From Takakia lepidozioides (lineage: Eukaryota; Plantae; Bryophyta), in NCBI GenBank assembly GCA_030704615.1, contig CM060731.1, positions 80,724,001 through 80,788,000 on the forward strand: a DNA stretch of 64,000 bases. The letters run 5' to 3'. The notes below the pieces were generated by a model. It saw only the letters and a program-made list of their open reading frames with translations, was not told the DNA's origin and made no database searches. Shown here piece by piece: positions 25,019 through 37,114 of this stretch. A program made the translations under genes and the position numbers. Position 1 is the stretch's first letter, and each line of letters starts with the position of its first letter.

Positions 25019-27649
25019 TCTGTGGCCTAAACATGGAATCGTGGACTTGCAAGGTGGTCAGTTTGCCTTGTCAGGAAGGCTTGCAGACGGTTAGCTTGAC
25101 TCGGAATTTTTTCCCTTGTGTTTCCCACCCCCCTAAACTTTACCTTCATGGCAGTTTGATGATGCATTGATAGTGTGGCTCGCAACGGTGCCCCCGTTTT
25201 GCCACTGCATTAGAATTAGGCGGGAAGCAGGTTGGCGGGAGCGCAGGAGCGCAGATTATATCTCCACTTCGCTCCAGTTGCCTTTCATCTGTTTGCTCTT
25301 GCTTGCTCTTCATCACTCTCACTTCTTTGCAGTGTCTACGTCGTCCCTGTTCACTTCGTCGTTTGGCAAGTCGCCCTTGCATCACACAGTTAGCATGCGA
25401 ACGCATTTGCTGTGGTCATTGTTGTGGGCCAACTCGACCTATCATCACACGACTACCATGCGATCCCGCTTCAGGAGAAATGCACACACAGCTCAATGGC
25501 ACCGCAACATGGAGCGCCTTCGGAGGGAGCAGGCAATTCAGTATGCTGCAGAGCAGGCAGAAGCATAGCGAATTAGCCGTCATGCAGAAGAGGCTTGTTT
25601 AATTGTGCTTCATTGGCTTGGAACTAGCGGCATTCACCGAAGGCAGGCCGTGCCTCAATTTTTCTGCCTATCTACTTGTAGCAAAAGGCTGGACGCCTAT
25701 GGGCGTCGATACCCCTACCTATATGGCTACGCGGCGTGGTACCACATCACTAAGCTTCCCTGTCCAATTGGGTTCTCCCTGTAGAGGAGTTGTGAGAAGA
25801 TGTAAGTCATGAAGTTTGTTGCTGCTCTTGTGTGTGAAGGCATCCTGTAATATTTAATGAGAGTCATTGCGCACACAATGTGCCATGATTCTGAGTAGGC
25901 CAATGCATTTGCAGATTGCGGTATAGCGAACGCGCTCGTTTTTGGGTGCCCTGAACTACCCGCTGGGTCTTTTTGTCTACACATATTTTGCATCACTGTG
26001 AATGTGAATGACTGGCTGGTGTTTTGCACGAGGGTGCGTATCCACTGAATGCATCGTTTCGTCTTCTCTCAAGCCTTTGTCTTTCAATTGTGTTGCCAAT
26101 TTTCAAAAAATGCAGTGCACCGCTTCAACCATCATAGAACTTGCATGGTCGCCTCTCATACGCATGTTCGGGACTTGTCTCTGTTCTCCACCAAGCCCAC
26201 GCATTAATAACATGCATCGTGTGCAGCCGTTAAATGCACTTGCATCCAATGCACCTGAATGTCCAACCATGCGAGCAATGGTAGATTGACACGTCGTCAT
26301 TTGCAATCACATCTTGCAAAAGTTTCATCCATTTAAGTTTGCATCGTCCACGTAGACACTCCTTGGGCAACCGGCAATCGCCACGTGCAGTTGTGAATAC
26401 TGGCAGTCATACATTCCCATGCCCACGTCATCCTGTTGCAGTTTTGGCCATGACTCCTAGTCGTATCTACCATCTTCCCCTATCTGGTCAAACGTGTTTG
26501 ACCGCACATCCTGACATGGCGGAGGTACAAGGTGGCATATACGACTTCTGCTGGTCACAAATGGCAACTAGGACTGCCCCCTTGCATATTGTAGACATAT
26601 ATGCTACGACTGGGCAAATGTGGCAGACGTTAAAGCCGGAATATGTTGTAGTGTCCTTATCTCTGTTACCTGTTTCTGGATACTTTCTGTTGTCACATTG
26701 GTAGTATCATGTCAGTCACTCCAAACTATCAAAGGTTCACTCAACCAGCTAACTTGCATAATTCAACATGGCCGATTCTGATAAGAGGGAAAAACATGGT
26801 GGAATGTGTTGAAGAAGGTGCCTTCATTAGCAGTGCCTGATTTTATACATACTTTTGGGGGGAAATCTCAAATGTGTGCATGTAGCATACTGGTAAGGGC
26901 TCTTCTTGCGTGTCGCGGGGTCGCGGGTTCAAACTCCTCGCGTTGTTTTTTTTTTCCCTCATGCACTAAGCCCTACTAAGCCCCACTAAGCTCTATCGCT
27001 GCTGCGCACACTAAGTCCTCGTGCAGGTTGGTCTTAGCAGGTCGCGTTTCAATCTCTGCTCGCTCAGCTGCACCGTGGTGGTTCTCATGGACAATCCGAC
27101 GTTACCTGACTACAGACACAAGCAACACGCACAAGAGGTCCGTTTGGGTTCATGGTCTGTCAAATCCTCCATGGGTCATGACACAAGGTCGACGACAATG
27201 TGGTGAGGGCACCTTCTTCTTCGACCTATTTCAGCCTGTTTTGCCCTCTCATCAGACTCGGCCCTGAATTTGCAGCACGGAGCAGAGCTCGCATGAGTTT
27301 TTTACAGATCCTTCACGATGGTGGGACAATCGCAATCGCAAGGTGTGGCTTTTTCTTAATGTAGGATGTGAAGAAGTTTGTCCATCCTGCAAATGTGGGC
27401 TTTTGGCTCCTGTTAGTACCATGATTTGGTATTCTTCCTGATGTTTACAAGGTTCTTGGGAGTGTCAGCTTGGTCTTAGCAGGTCATGTTTCAATCTCTG
27501 CTCGCTTAGCTGCACCATGGTGGTTCTCATGGACCAATGCGATGTTTTTTTTTTCCCTCAAGCACTAAGCCCCACTAAGCCATGTCGTTGTTGCGCACTT
27601 AAGTCCTCGCTGATGTTTACAAGGTTCTTGGGAGAGTCAGCTTGGTCCA

Positions 27650-28830
27650 GGGTATGCACGGCAGGGACGTGGGATGGAGGCTTTGGAGACCTATGAGCAA
27701 ATGATGGGGGAAGCACATCGTGTTTGTGTGCATTTGCAATGCTTGTGCAAGCCTGGCAGCCCTAGAGAAGGGCAAGAGGTGCATGGGGATATCATCAAAG
27801 CTGGAATTGTGCCAAATGTCAATCTGAACACTGCCTTGGCAGCTTTGGAAAAGGGGAAAGAGGTCCATGGCGTCATCTTCAGAGCTGGAATTGTATCAGA
27901 TGTCATTCTGAACAATACCCTGGTGAACATGTTTGCAAAATGTGGGTGCATCTAGGATGCAAAGGGAGTGTTTGACACTATGGCTGAACGAGATGTGGTG
28001 TCGTGGAGTGCGATGCTTGCAGGGTATGCACGGCAGGGACGTGGGATGGAGGCTTTGGAGAGCTATGAGCAAATGATGGGAGAAGCACATCATGTTTGTG
28101 TGCATTTGCAGTGTGCGTGCAAGCCTGGCAGCCCTGGAGAAGGGCAAGAGGTGCAATATAGGGATATCATCACAGCTGGAATTGTGCCAAATGTCAATCT
28201 GAACACTGCCCTGGCAGCTTTGGAAAAGGGGAAAGAGGTCCATGGCGTCATCTTCAGAGCTGGAATTGTACCAGATGACATTATGAACAATACCCTGGTG
28301 GACATGTTTGCAAAATGTGGGTGCATCTAGGATGCAAAGGGAGTGTTCGACACTATGGCTGAACAACATGTGGTGTCGTGGAGTGCGATGCTTGCAGGGT
28401 ATGCGTGGCAGGGACGTGGGATGGAGGCTTTGGAGAGCTATGAGCAAATGATGGGGGAAGCACATCATGTTTGTGTGCATTTGCAATGCTTGTGCAAGCC
28501 TAGCATCCGGCCTGGAGAAGGGCAAGAGGTGCATAGGGATATCATCAAAGCTGGAATGGTGCCAAATGTCAATCTGAACACTGCCCTGGCAGCTTTGGAA
28601 AAGGGGAAAGAGGTCCATGGCGACATCATTAGAGTTGGAATTGTACCAGATGTCATTCTAAACAAAACCCGGGTGAACATGTTTGCAAATTGTGGGTGCA
28701 TCTAGGATGCAAAGGGAGTGTTCGACACTATGGCTGAACGAGATGTGGTGTTGTGGAGTGCGATGCTTGCATGGTATGCATGGCAGGGACGTGGGATAGA
28801 GGCTTTGGAGAGCTATGAGCAAATGATGGG
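27650..28830 (+). repeat. Tandem triplication of a 375-bp PPR unit
   Basis: Same tgcatcTAGgatgca stop ends ORFs at 27955, 28330 and 28705 (period 375). Confidence 0.9.
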
Positions 28831-29179
28831 GGAAGGGGGGGCACCTTCTTCAATAGCACAACGGCTATAAGTGGGTAGATGGTCAACTGGAAACAGCAAT
28901 GGCAGCAGCGCAATTGATAGAATAAGGCCCACTGCTACTGAAGGTACCTTCTTCAACATATTTTACCCTGAATTCCCTTGCTATCAGAGTCGTCCCTAAG
29001 TATCCAAAAACAGGTAACAGATATGCGAAGAAGCTGTGGGATGAATACTTTTTTGACCCCAGTAACTGGTGGGACAACCGAGCAAAAAGGTGAATGCTTG
29101 TCAGATTACAGAGTGTAGCAGATGCAATTGACCATAGGGAACTAGTTGTGACAAGTTGAGTTGGGTGCAATTGCACTCT

Positions 29180-29390
29180 CCCTTTCCTCTCTGCTTCTGT
29201 TTGCTATTCAAAGGTAGGATTCCTGCCCTTAGTTTAAATTCAGTCTGGTGCCGAGAGTGGGTAGACCCTTGAGGTCATCCATGATGTCTTCCCCCATGTC
29301 ACAGACTGGAAACAAGTCCAGGCCTAACTTCATTTTCATCAGACAATTTTCTGGAAACGGACATGGCTTTGGACACTATAGCCTCTAAGT
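29180..29390 (-). mobile_element. Fragment of the same LINE family
   Basis: Matches 56170-56410 (aattgcactctccc...tttaaattcagtct.gtgccgagagtgggtagacccttgagg). Confidence 0.8.
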
Positions 29391-30949
29391 CAATAGGGTT
29401 GGGGCATTTGCTGGAACAATTCTAAAAGGAGAATGTTTGTCAGATTACCAGATGTCATTCTAAACACTGCCCCTGCCCTGGTGGACATGTATGCCAAATG
29501 TGGGTGCATCGAGGATGCCAAGGGAGTGTTCAACACTATGGCTGAACGAGATGTGGTGTCGTGGAGTGCGATGCTTGCGGGATATGCACAACAGGGGTGC
29601 GGGATGGAGGCTCCAACCTATGAGCAAATGATGGGGGAAGGGGTGAAGCCCGCCGACATAAGGTTTGTGTGTGTTTGCAGTGTGTCTGGCAGCCCTGGAA
29701 AAGGGCAAAGACATCCCTGGTGACATGATCAAATCTGCAATTGTTCCAGATGTCATCCTGAACACTGCTCTGGTGGCCATGTATGCCAAATATGGTAGCA
29801 TTGAGGATGCCAAGGGAATGTTCAATACTATGGCTGAATGAGATGTGGTGTTGTGGAATGTGATGCTTGCAGGGTGTGCAGAGTAGGGGCGCTGGATGGG
29901 GCTTTGGAGACCTGAAAGCAAATGATGGGGGAAGAGGTGAAGTTCGACCACATCATGTTGTGTGCGTTTGCGTTGCAGTGCGTGTGCAAGCCTGGCAGCC
30001 TTGGAAAAAGGGCATCGGAGGTGCATGGTTGCATCACCAAAGCTGGAAATGTACCAGATGGATCAATAGCTACAAGAAACCTGCAGTGGGTAGATGGTCA
30101 CTAGAAGCCGCAGCAGCAGCGACACAATGATAAACTTAGGCACTGGTAATGAAGGCACCTTCTTCAACACATTTCACCCTGTTTTTCCCTCTTATCAGAA
30201 GCGGCCCTAAATTTTCATGTTGAATTCTGCAAGTTAGCTGGTTGAGTGAACCTTTGATAGTTTGGAGCGACTTTGACATGGTACTGCCAATGTGACAACA
30301 GGGAAGTATCCCAAAATAGGTAACAGCTGAGACGAGGAGAAGCTGTGGAATGAATACTTTTCTGACCCCAGTCAATGGTGGGACAACCGAGGCAAAATGG
30401 TAAATGCCTGTCAGATTACCAGATGTCATTCTGAACACTGTCTCTGCCCCATGATGGACATGTAGGCCAAATGTGGGTGCATCGAGAATCCAAGAGAGAG
30501 TGTTCAACACTATGGCTGAATGAGATGTGATGTCGGAGTGTGATGCAGTATGCGGGGTGCGGGATGAGGCTTTGGAGACCTATGGCAAAAGGGCAAAGAG
30601 ATCAATGGTGACATCATCAAATCTGCAATTGTACCAAATGTCATCCTGAACACTGCTCTGGTGGACATGTATGCCAAATGTGGGAGCATTGAGGATGCCA
30701 AGGGAGTTTTCAACACTATGGCTGAACGAGATGTGGTGTCGTGGAGTGCGATGCTTGTAGGGTGTGCACAGCAGGGGCATGAGATGGAGGCTTTGGAGAC
30801 CTATGAACAAATGATGGGGGAAGGGGTGAAGCCCAACCGCATCACGTTTGTGTGCAAGTCCAGATTACCAATGTCCTGTGGATCCATATCTACTACCAAC
30901 TTGCATGGGTAGATGGTCAACTAGAAGCTGCAGCAGCAATGGCAGTGAT

Positions 30950-31892
30950 GGGCAACTTTTTAAGTTTTTTAACCTTTTTACAAACCCTATAAGCAATTTT
31001 TTGTTTTTTTTTTGTTTTAAATAAATTTTAAAGGAAACCTCAGCCCTTGAGGAGGGGGAAAAATTAACCCCCTTTCATTTATGGGCCATGAGACCTACAG
31101 GAGGATCAACGCCCAGACATATCGTTCAAGCGACATTTATGCAACCAACCACTATTCCAGTTGAGCAAAGTGATTCAGATGGTGACGAATATGTTTCAGA
31201 TTCAGAATAAAGTTTATTGTTGGAACCATTTGTTCAATAGCATCATCCCACAATGGTCTGGCCACTTGTCTGTTTTTCAAAGTCTGTAACAGCTGCACAA
31301 ACCACTTAAAGTTTTTCATGTATCATCCAAAAAGTGGTACCAATCACTGTTGTGTAGGCAATAACTCATGAGCAACCACTAGAATAGTGGTTCCAATTAC
31401 TGCAGTATCTTTCACCACCCACTCTCCACCACTGTCAAAGTGGTACAAATCAATGAGGTGTCTTTAACCACTCAAGATCAACGTGCACTGTCCCCGTCCA
31501 CGTGGAATATTATATTTATTAATTAAAATATATTTCCAAATCATAAATCACAAATAAAATTTGAATTATTACACGTGGAGTAGCAAGTGGTTTCAACCAC
31601 TTCCCATCACTGAGTTGTCTATAACCACTCACAATGTACCACTGCACTCGTCCACGTGGAATATTATATTTATTAATTAAAATATATTATCAAATAAATA
31701 ATAATAAATAAAAAAAAATTATTACACGTGACTACTGAGTGGTTGTGAAACCACTTCCAACCACTGTCTGTGATGCCACCGTGGCATTTCAATGGGATTA
31801 ACCACTGGCAAGTGGTTACTAGTGGTTTATAGAGTGGAAAAAGACAGTAGTGGTTAAAGGGCCAGTGGTTATTCCGCGTTTTTTCTCTAGTG
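30950..31892. mobile_element. Orphan right end of a second CACTA family (ACCACT subterminal repeats)
   Basis: Ends ...ccgcgttttttctcTAGTG (reverse complement CACTAGAGAAAAAACGCGG) at 31892, abutting LINE sequence; dense ACCACT/AGTGGT motifs. Left boundary approximate. Confidence 0.78.
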
Positions 31893-32570
31893 TAAATTCA
31901 AGGTCAGATGATGGGTTCAACTGCAACATATGTCCAACAACAGATATCCTAAGTTAATCGACTCTATATCTTGGAAACATGACCGCCCACCGACCTGTCA
32001 AACAGGCTCAGTCCTGGCAGAAAATAATAGAAGAGATTCTCAAGGACCTAGACCTGGAACCGCAAGTCTTCACCTTGCTGGATAAATCTGACTTAGAGGC
32101 TGTAGTGTCCAACCATGTCTGTTGCCATGAGATTGTCTGATGAAAATGAAGTTAGGCAAAAAACTTCCCTGAACTTGTTTCCAGTCTATGACATGGGGGA
32201 GGAGATCTTGGATGACCTCAAGGGTCTACCCACTCTCGGCACTAGACTGAAATTTAAACTCGAGGCAGGAAGCCTTCCTTTCTGATACACTGTCCGGGGT
32301 TCTCTCACCAAAGAGACGTTCTCTTCACATCTATCAAGGGAATTGTGCATGTACCTCTGTTTACTAACTTTGAAAAAGTCAAGGCTAAGCCAAAAGCCCA
32401 GCCCCTTCTGAGGCCTAGTTTTTGGGCAACTCACACACAACAGATTGATGCTTGTGTGAAGGGATTTGTAGAGGATATCTGGAAAACCCGGATTAATTCT
32501 ATATGTGAAGGTAAGTCTTACTACCAACGTCAGCCCCTGACAGAGGTAGGATCTGTCCCTTTTGTTTCCC
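31893..32570 (+). mobile_element. LINE 3' fragment (same family as 23762-25018)
   Basis: Near-identical to 24310-24950 (LKGLPTLGTRLKFKL, DIWKTRINSI..GKSYYQRQPLTEVGSVPFV). Confidence 0.88.
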
Positions 32571-34430
32571 CAAGAGAGGGGGCAACAAAGAAAAAAAGAG
32601 AATGTGGGGGGGGTAGTGATTGAGCAGCAATAGCTGCTCAGTCACTCCCACCCCCACCTTCTTTTCTTTTCTTTGTTGCCCCCTGATGTCTCCCTCTCAC
32701 TCCCTCTCCCTCTATAACTCTTTGGATTTCATTTGGCCTTAACCTTTTGAGGTTATTTAGTTTTTCATCCCAGTTTTTTTCATCCAAATCTGGATGATAT
32801 TATTATAGGATGATGAAACTTAATGTACAGAAAGCTTGATTTACCATCTATTTCTTTCATCTAAACTGGATGAACTACATGAATAATGGTTACCTATTTT
32901 AAAATCCAAGAGAATAATAAAACTACCATCATAAATGATGGCAGTTATTAAACCTAAGCCTATACCATAACCCTAAAAGATACATTTCTATTGGATGTCA
33001 TCCATTGACAAAGTGCTTCTCTTGATAAAATGTGATTTTTCATCCACCCTGGATGAAAAATCGGGAAGTTGTGCCCTAAGCAGGCCGACACATTTCACAG
33101 CACTGAACTCGTGCTTCAGTGAACCTTGATGATGCGCCGTATAAACCTGCTCTCCTGTTGCTATATGGTACTCGTGATGGCTGGCTCTTGGGATGCGCAT
33201 TGGTGGTTAGGCAGATTCCTCTCTGGCAGACGACAAAGCGGTGATCGCTTTGATCAGAAACTCATGGTTCTTTATTTTGCAGCGGCGCTTTTACTCCTTG
33301 TTGGGAAGTACTCTATCCCTATTTATCTACAGATTACATGTTGCTCTCTCTTTGTGTATGAGCCATTCTCTATCTGTGAACGCTTCTACTCTGATTGCGT
33401 TCTGCTGGAGACGATCTGTTGGAAGCCATGGCGCAGGGCATACCACAAACACTCAAGGTTTTTTGAGTTTACCCTTGCTTGAATTGTGATCTGTACTTGC
33501 TTTAGAATTCAACACTGACATGGATAGCAACTGTGAAAACCTGCCACTCACCTGCTGCATCCTCACTAACACACATCGCTATGTGGTGGTTTTTGGGACG
33601 GGCACAGGTGAGGGTCTTCACTTGTCTTGATTTCTTGAAAGCTTGCAGCTCCTGTTCTTGCAAATGTGGATTCTGCTGCTGCCTATGCTGCTGATGCCAT
33701 CTGCTGTTTCAAACTGCCACCATGCCGCTTCAAACCTGCTCCAAGATGGCTCCAATGAGGATCTGCTTCTCTCCTTACCCCTGTTTCTGGTTTTTTACAA
33801 CCACATTTGCATGTGTAGGAGTTAAGCTATGAAGGGTACAAGGATACAAAATAGCAGTTATTACTCTGACGGCCTTGATACTTGGCTCTGAAATGAAACT
33901 TCTTGGTATGACTCTGATGGATCAAAATGTTAGGCTTTGATAGATAACACACATTCTTCAAGGCCCTCATATCATTTTGGTTTCATGGCTTGATAACAAA
34001 CAAGGGTTTCTGAGCTGCTCTTTCACCTTGGCAGAACTATTTTATGAGGCCTTAAAATACCATTCCAGGCCTATACCTGCTTAAGGGGCTCTACCCTGTT
34101 GTTTCTTCTTCCTTTTTAAGAATCTTGCTTATATCTTGGTTCTAAAACATCATCTTCAAACCAAACCTGCAATCTGGTTTTTGAAATGAGTTTGAAATGA
34201 ATTTTTGAGATGATGATGCATACTATGGTGCTTTCATGATATGAATGACCTGGAATCCCACCCTCCCGCCCTGTTTTTTCAGAGACCCTGAAATGTAATG
34301 GGGTATTCAAATGAGATTGTAAACATGAAAGGGAATGTTAGATGGTGCCCTGTAAAGGGCTGTTTTGTCTTTCAATGACAATGACCTTAGCGGTCTTGTC
34401 CATGTCTTGACATGACATGTATATCTTCCC
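32571..34430 (+). repeat. Second copy of the foldback family: hairpin centre plus one long arm
   Basis: agagagggggcaacaaagaaaa..gtggggggg..agtga..gagcagc..agctgctcagtcactccc matches 5861-5960; ggatgaaaaatcggg at ~33051; atcctcactaac..tggttttt..tttcttga (33560-33640) matches the reverse complement of 4700-4790. Right boundary approximate. Confidence 0.7.
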
Positions 34431-34449
34431 TCTCTTCTGTGCTGCTCTC

Positions 34450-34900
34450 TTTTAAGCTCCCGACGAGATAAATTCAAGGTCAGATGGTGGGTTCAGCTGC
34501 AACATATGTCCAACACCAGATATCCTAAGTTAATCATTTCTATATCTTGGAAACAGGACCGCCCTGTCAAACAGGGTAAGCCCTGGGATAAGAGAGTAGA
34601 AGAGATTCTCAAGGATCTGAATCTGGACCCGCAAGTCTTGACCTTGCAGGATAAACCTGACTTAGAGAGTGTTGTGTCCAAAGCCATGTCTGTTACCAGA
34701 AAATTGTCCGATGAAAATGAAGTTAAGAAGAAAACTTCCCTGAACCTATTTCCAGTCTGTGACATGGGGGATGACATCATGGATGCGATCAAGGGTCTAT
34801 CCCACTCTTGGCACCAGACTGAAATTTAAACTCAGGGCAGGAAGACTACCTTTGAACAGTAAACAGAAGCAGAGAGGAAAATGAGAGTGTAATTTCCCTG
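34450..34900 (+). mobile_element. LINE fragment (same family)
   Basis: MSNTRYPKLI..KQDRPVKQ..TSLNLFPV, homologous to 56010-56561. Confidence 0.85.
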
Positions 34901-37114
34901 ACGTACCTCTGCTGTTGCGGCTGGTGCTAGTGCTGGTGCTGGTGCTGGTGCTTGAAGTGAGTTGGCGCGGCGAGCTGTTGCGGTGCTGTTGCGGCTACCA
35001 ATGGCGCGGGTCCCGCGCGCTGCAGGGCGTCTCTCCTCCGCTCACCACGGCTCTCTCTCTCTCTTCGGCTCGTTTAGGTCGCGCCTCTACGCGGCGTTCC
35101 TACCACACAGGGGAGAGAGACATCAGCCCGTGCTTAGGGCAAGAAAGCAAGAGAGAAAGTGAGGGAGGAGGCGGTGCTTACCTTGGGCGTTGGAGCGGCG
35201 TTGGGGCAAACTCCTTGGGGCCTTGCGACCACCTCGGGCTCAGCAGCAGGTGCGTTTCTCCTCCACCCTAAACCCCACTCTCTGAACTACCTCTCTCCCA
35301 AAGAACAAACGAAAACGGAAGGGGAAAGAGATGCTTCAAGCACTTAGGGAAAAAAAAAAGCGCGGCGCCTACGTGCAACGCCCGGCTGTCGCACGCCTGC
35401 GCCCCGCCCTTTTTTTGAAATGTAAAAATGATATTTGCGACGACTGGCCGTCGTTGCTTGCGACCCCTGGCCCCATAAATAAAAAAACACTTCGCCCCCC
35501 GCGACGGTTTGTCGTCGGGGGGTACGACCCCCAGGTAAAAAATTGAAAAAAACTCGTCGTCAAATGCGACGCGAGGGTGTCGCAGGAGGTGACGGCTGGC
35601 ATTTCTGGGTTTAGGGTTTAGGACCTTTTGGGTTTCTTTGTTTTTATTTATTTTATTTTATTTTTCATATGGTACTGGGTTAGGGTGTTTGCTTTACTTT
35701 ATGGTGCTGGGTTTTGGATTGGCGGTTTTGGTTGTGGGTCTTGGGGTTAAAAGGATAAACGGTGTAATTAGGATTCACATACCAAAATGTGGTTCGATCT
35801 GATAATCGCAAAGCGCTGGGTCTCAACAAATTTTTCCATGGTGTGGGCATCCTGAAGATAGAACGAGAGGAAGGATTTATTGTCTTAGGCTCTAGCACCA
35901 TAAGGATGCTCCGCCTTTGGTTACCAATTTTGAAAGCCCCGAGGCTGAGGCATAGGGTTTTTTTGCCAACGGTTTTTGATAAATGAAAGTGTTGGTGGTG
36001 TGTGTTAATTAGGATGCGATGGTGAGGAAACATCGACCCGTCTCCCTCGAGGATGGGGAGGTAGTATCACATATCGATTGTGGCCCTAGAGCGACCGTTT
36101 TTTGTGGCGAGGAGCCACCCATTGCACCTGATCCAATACAGGCTGCCGGGCACAATCGTAGAAGGGACCGGGGCCAAATTTCAGGTGATGCGGAGGATGT
36201 TGACAGTCCGGGATCGAGTCGGGCGCGCCGCGGGTTGCCCCCTCGCGGGCCACCCCGTCCAACCACGTCCACCTTTGACCCCCCTGACAGGATTGAGTGT
36301 TGGTGCACTAAGTGTTGAGAACGAATACCGCCGGGCGGCGACCGCACGTTGTCGAAAAACATTACAAGAAGAACAAGATTGCGGATGCGACAAAGGTGAG
36401 TGTTTTTCCCACCCCTCTCATTAACATTCATTTAAGGTACATTTAGGTTTATTTAATAATATAGTATGATTGGTAAGCATACATGAATCAAAATGACGAT
36501 ATAAGTATTGATGCGTCGTTCACTACGCACATTGCAGACACGATTTGATGCCCAAGCTCTCAATCACATTGCACAGGAGGCATTTCGCGCCGGTCTACTT
36601 GCAAAATTTGTGCCAGAGCATGTGCCCGATGTGACCAGTTGGTTGCCCCAGCAGCACGTAGATGAGATGCGTAGGGTCGAGGGGTATCGTAGGTGTCGTA
36701 GGTGTTATGGCCGGCGACGAGCAGGGCCCCCCCCCCCCCCTCCAGTTTCCTAAGGCAATCCCCCTGATTGTGGCCTCCCTCCCCCGTCTGTTTCATTGCA
36801 TGATCCACCTCCGGTAGTACCTGATCCGGACGTTGTACCCCCGGCTGCACCTCCGACATTACATCCTCAACCACCTCCACTTTCATCTCCTCCACCAGCA
36901 GTACCACGTCCACCTCCACCTCCACCTCCACGTGCATGTGCTCCCCGAACCCCTAGGAGGGGTCGGCTTTGCCTTAGGTTTCCTCCCCTTTGGCTTGGGC
37001 GGCCTGAGCCGGATCCTCGCCCCCGATGGGAAGCGCATAGGACTATGTTACTGAGGACCGTCCACCCTCGTTGTTGGGGGATCATCTCGACCCTCCCTCC
37101 CCATCCGAGAAAAT

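Larger units (their letters stand above)
12004..26653 (+). mobile_element. Full-length CACTA (En/Spm) DNA transposon, 14.65 kb
   Basis: Left TIR CACTAGTAGAAAATCCGG (12004); right TIR reverse complement CACTACAACATATTCCGG (ends 26653); 3-bp TSD TCC at 12001-12003 and 26654-26656; GACTG/CACGTG-rich subterminal repeats at both ends; internal transposase; uninterrupted empty-site paralog at ~30340. Confidence 0.93.
27080..30950 (+). pseudogene. Decayed cluster of PLS-class PPR repeats interleaved with PDF (OSB-type) motifs
   Basis: Repeated ALVDMYAKCGSIEDAKGVFNTMAERDVVSWSAML.GYAQQG..MEAL..YEQM..EGVKP; PDF-like NPTLPDYRHK...VWVHGLSNPPWV (~27090-27180) and LWDEYFFDPSNWWDNR (~29035), LWNEYFSDPSQWWDNR (~30345); many stops and frameshifts. 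Confidence 0.85.

Noticed and set aside
27896-28618. 240-aa minus-strand ORF with internal repeats
   Set aside because: Antisense reading of the PPR tandem array.
12004-31892. Pairing the CACTA left end at 12004 with the TAGTG end at 31892
   Set aside because: TSDs differ (TCC vs TAA) and subterminal motifs differ; the end at 26653 has the matching TCC and empty-site support.
34915-35340. GC-rich ORFs with a (CTGGTG)n repeat
   Set aside because: No recognisable domain; frames are probably open because of composition.
35605-35625. TTTAGGG telomere-like repeats (mirrored at ~41832)
   Set aside because: Only about two units inside transposon subterminal arms; not an interstitial telomere.
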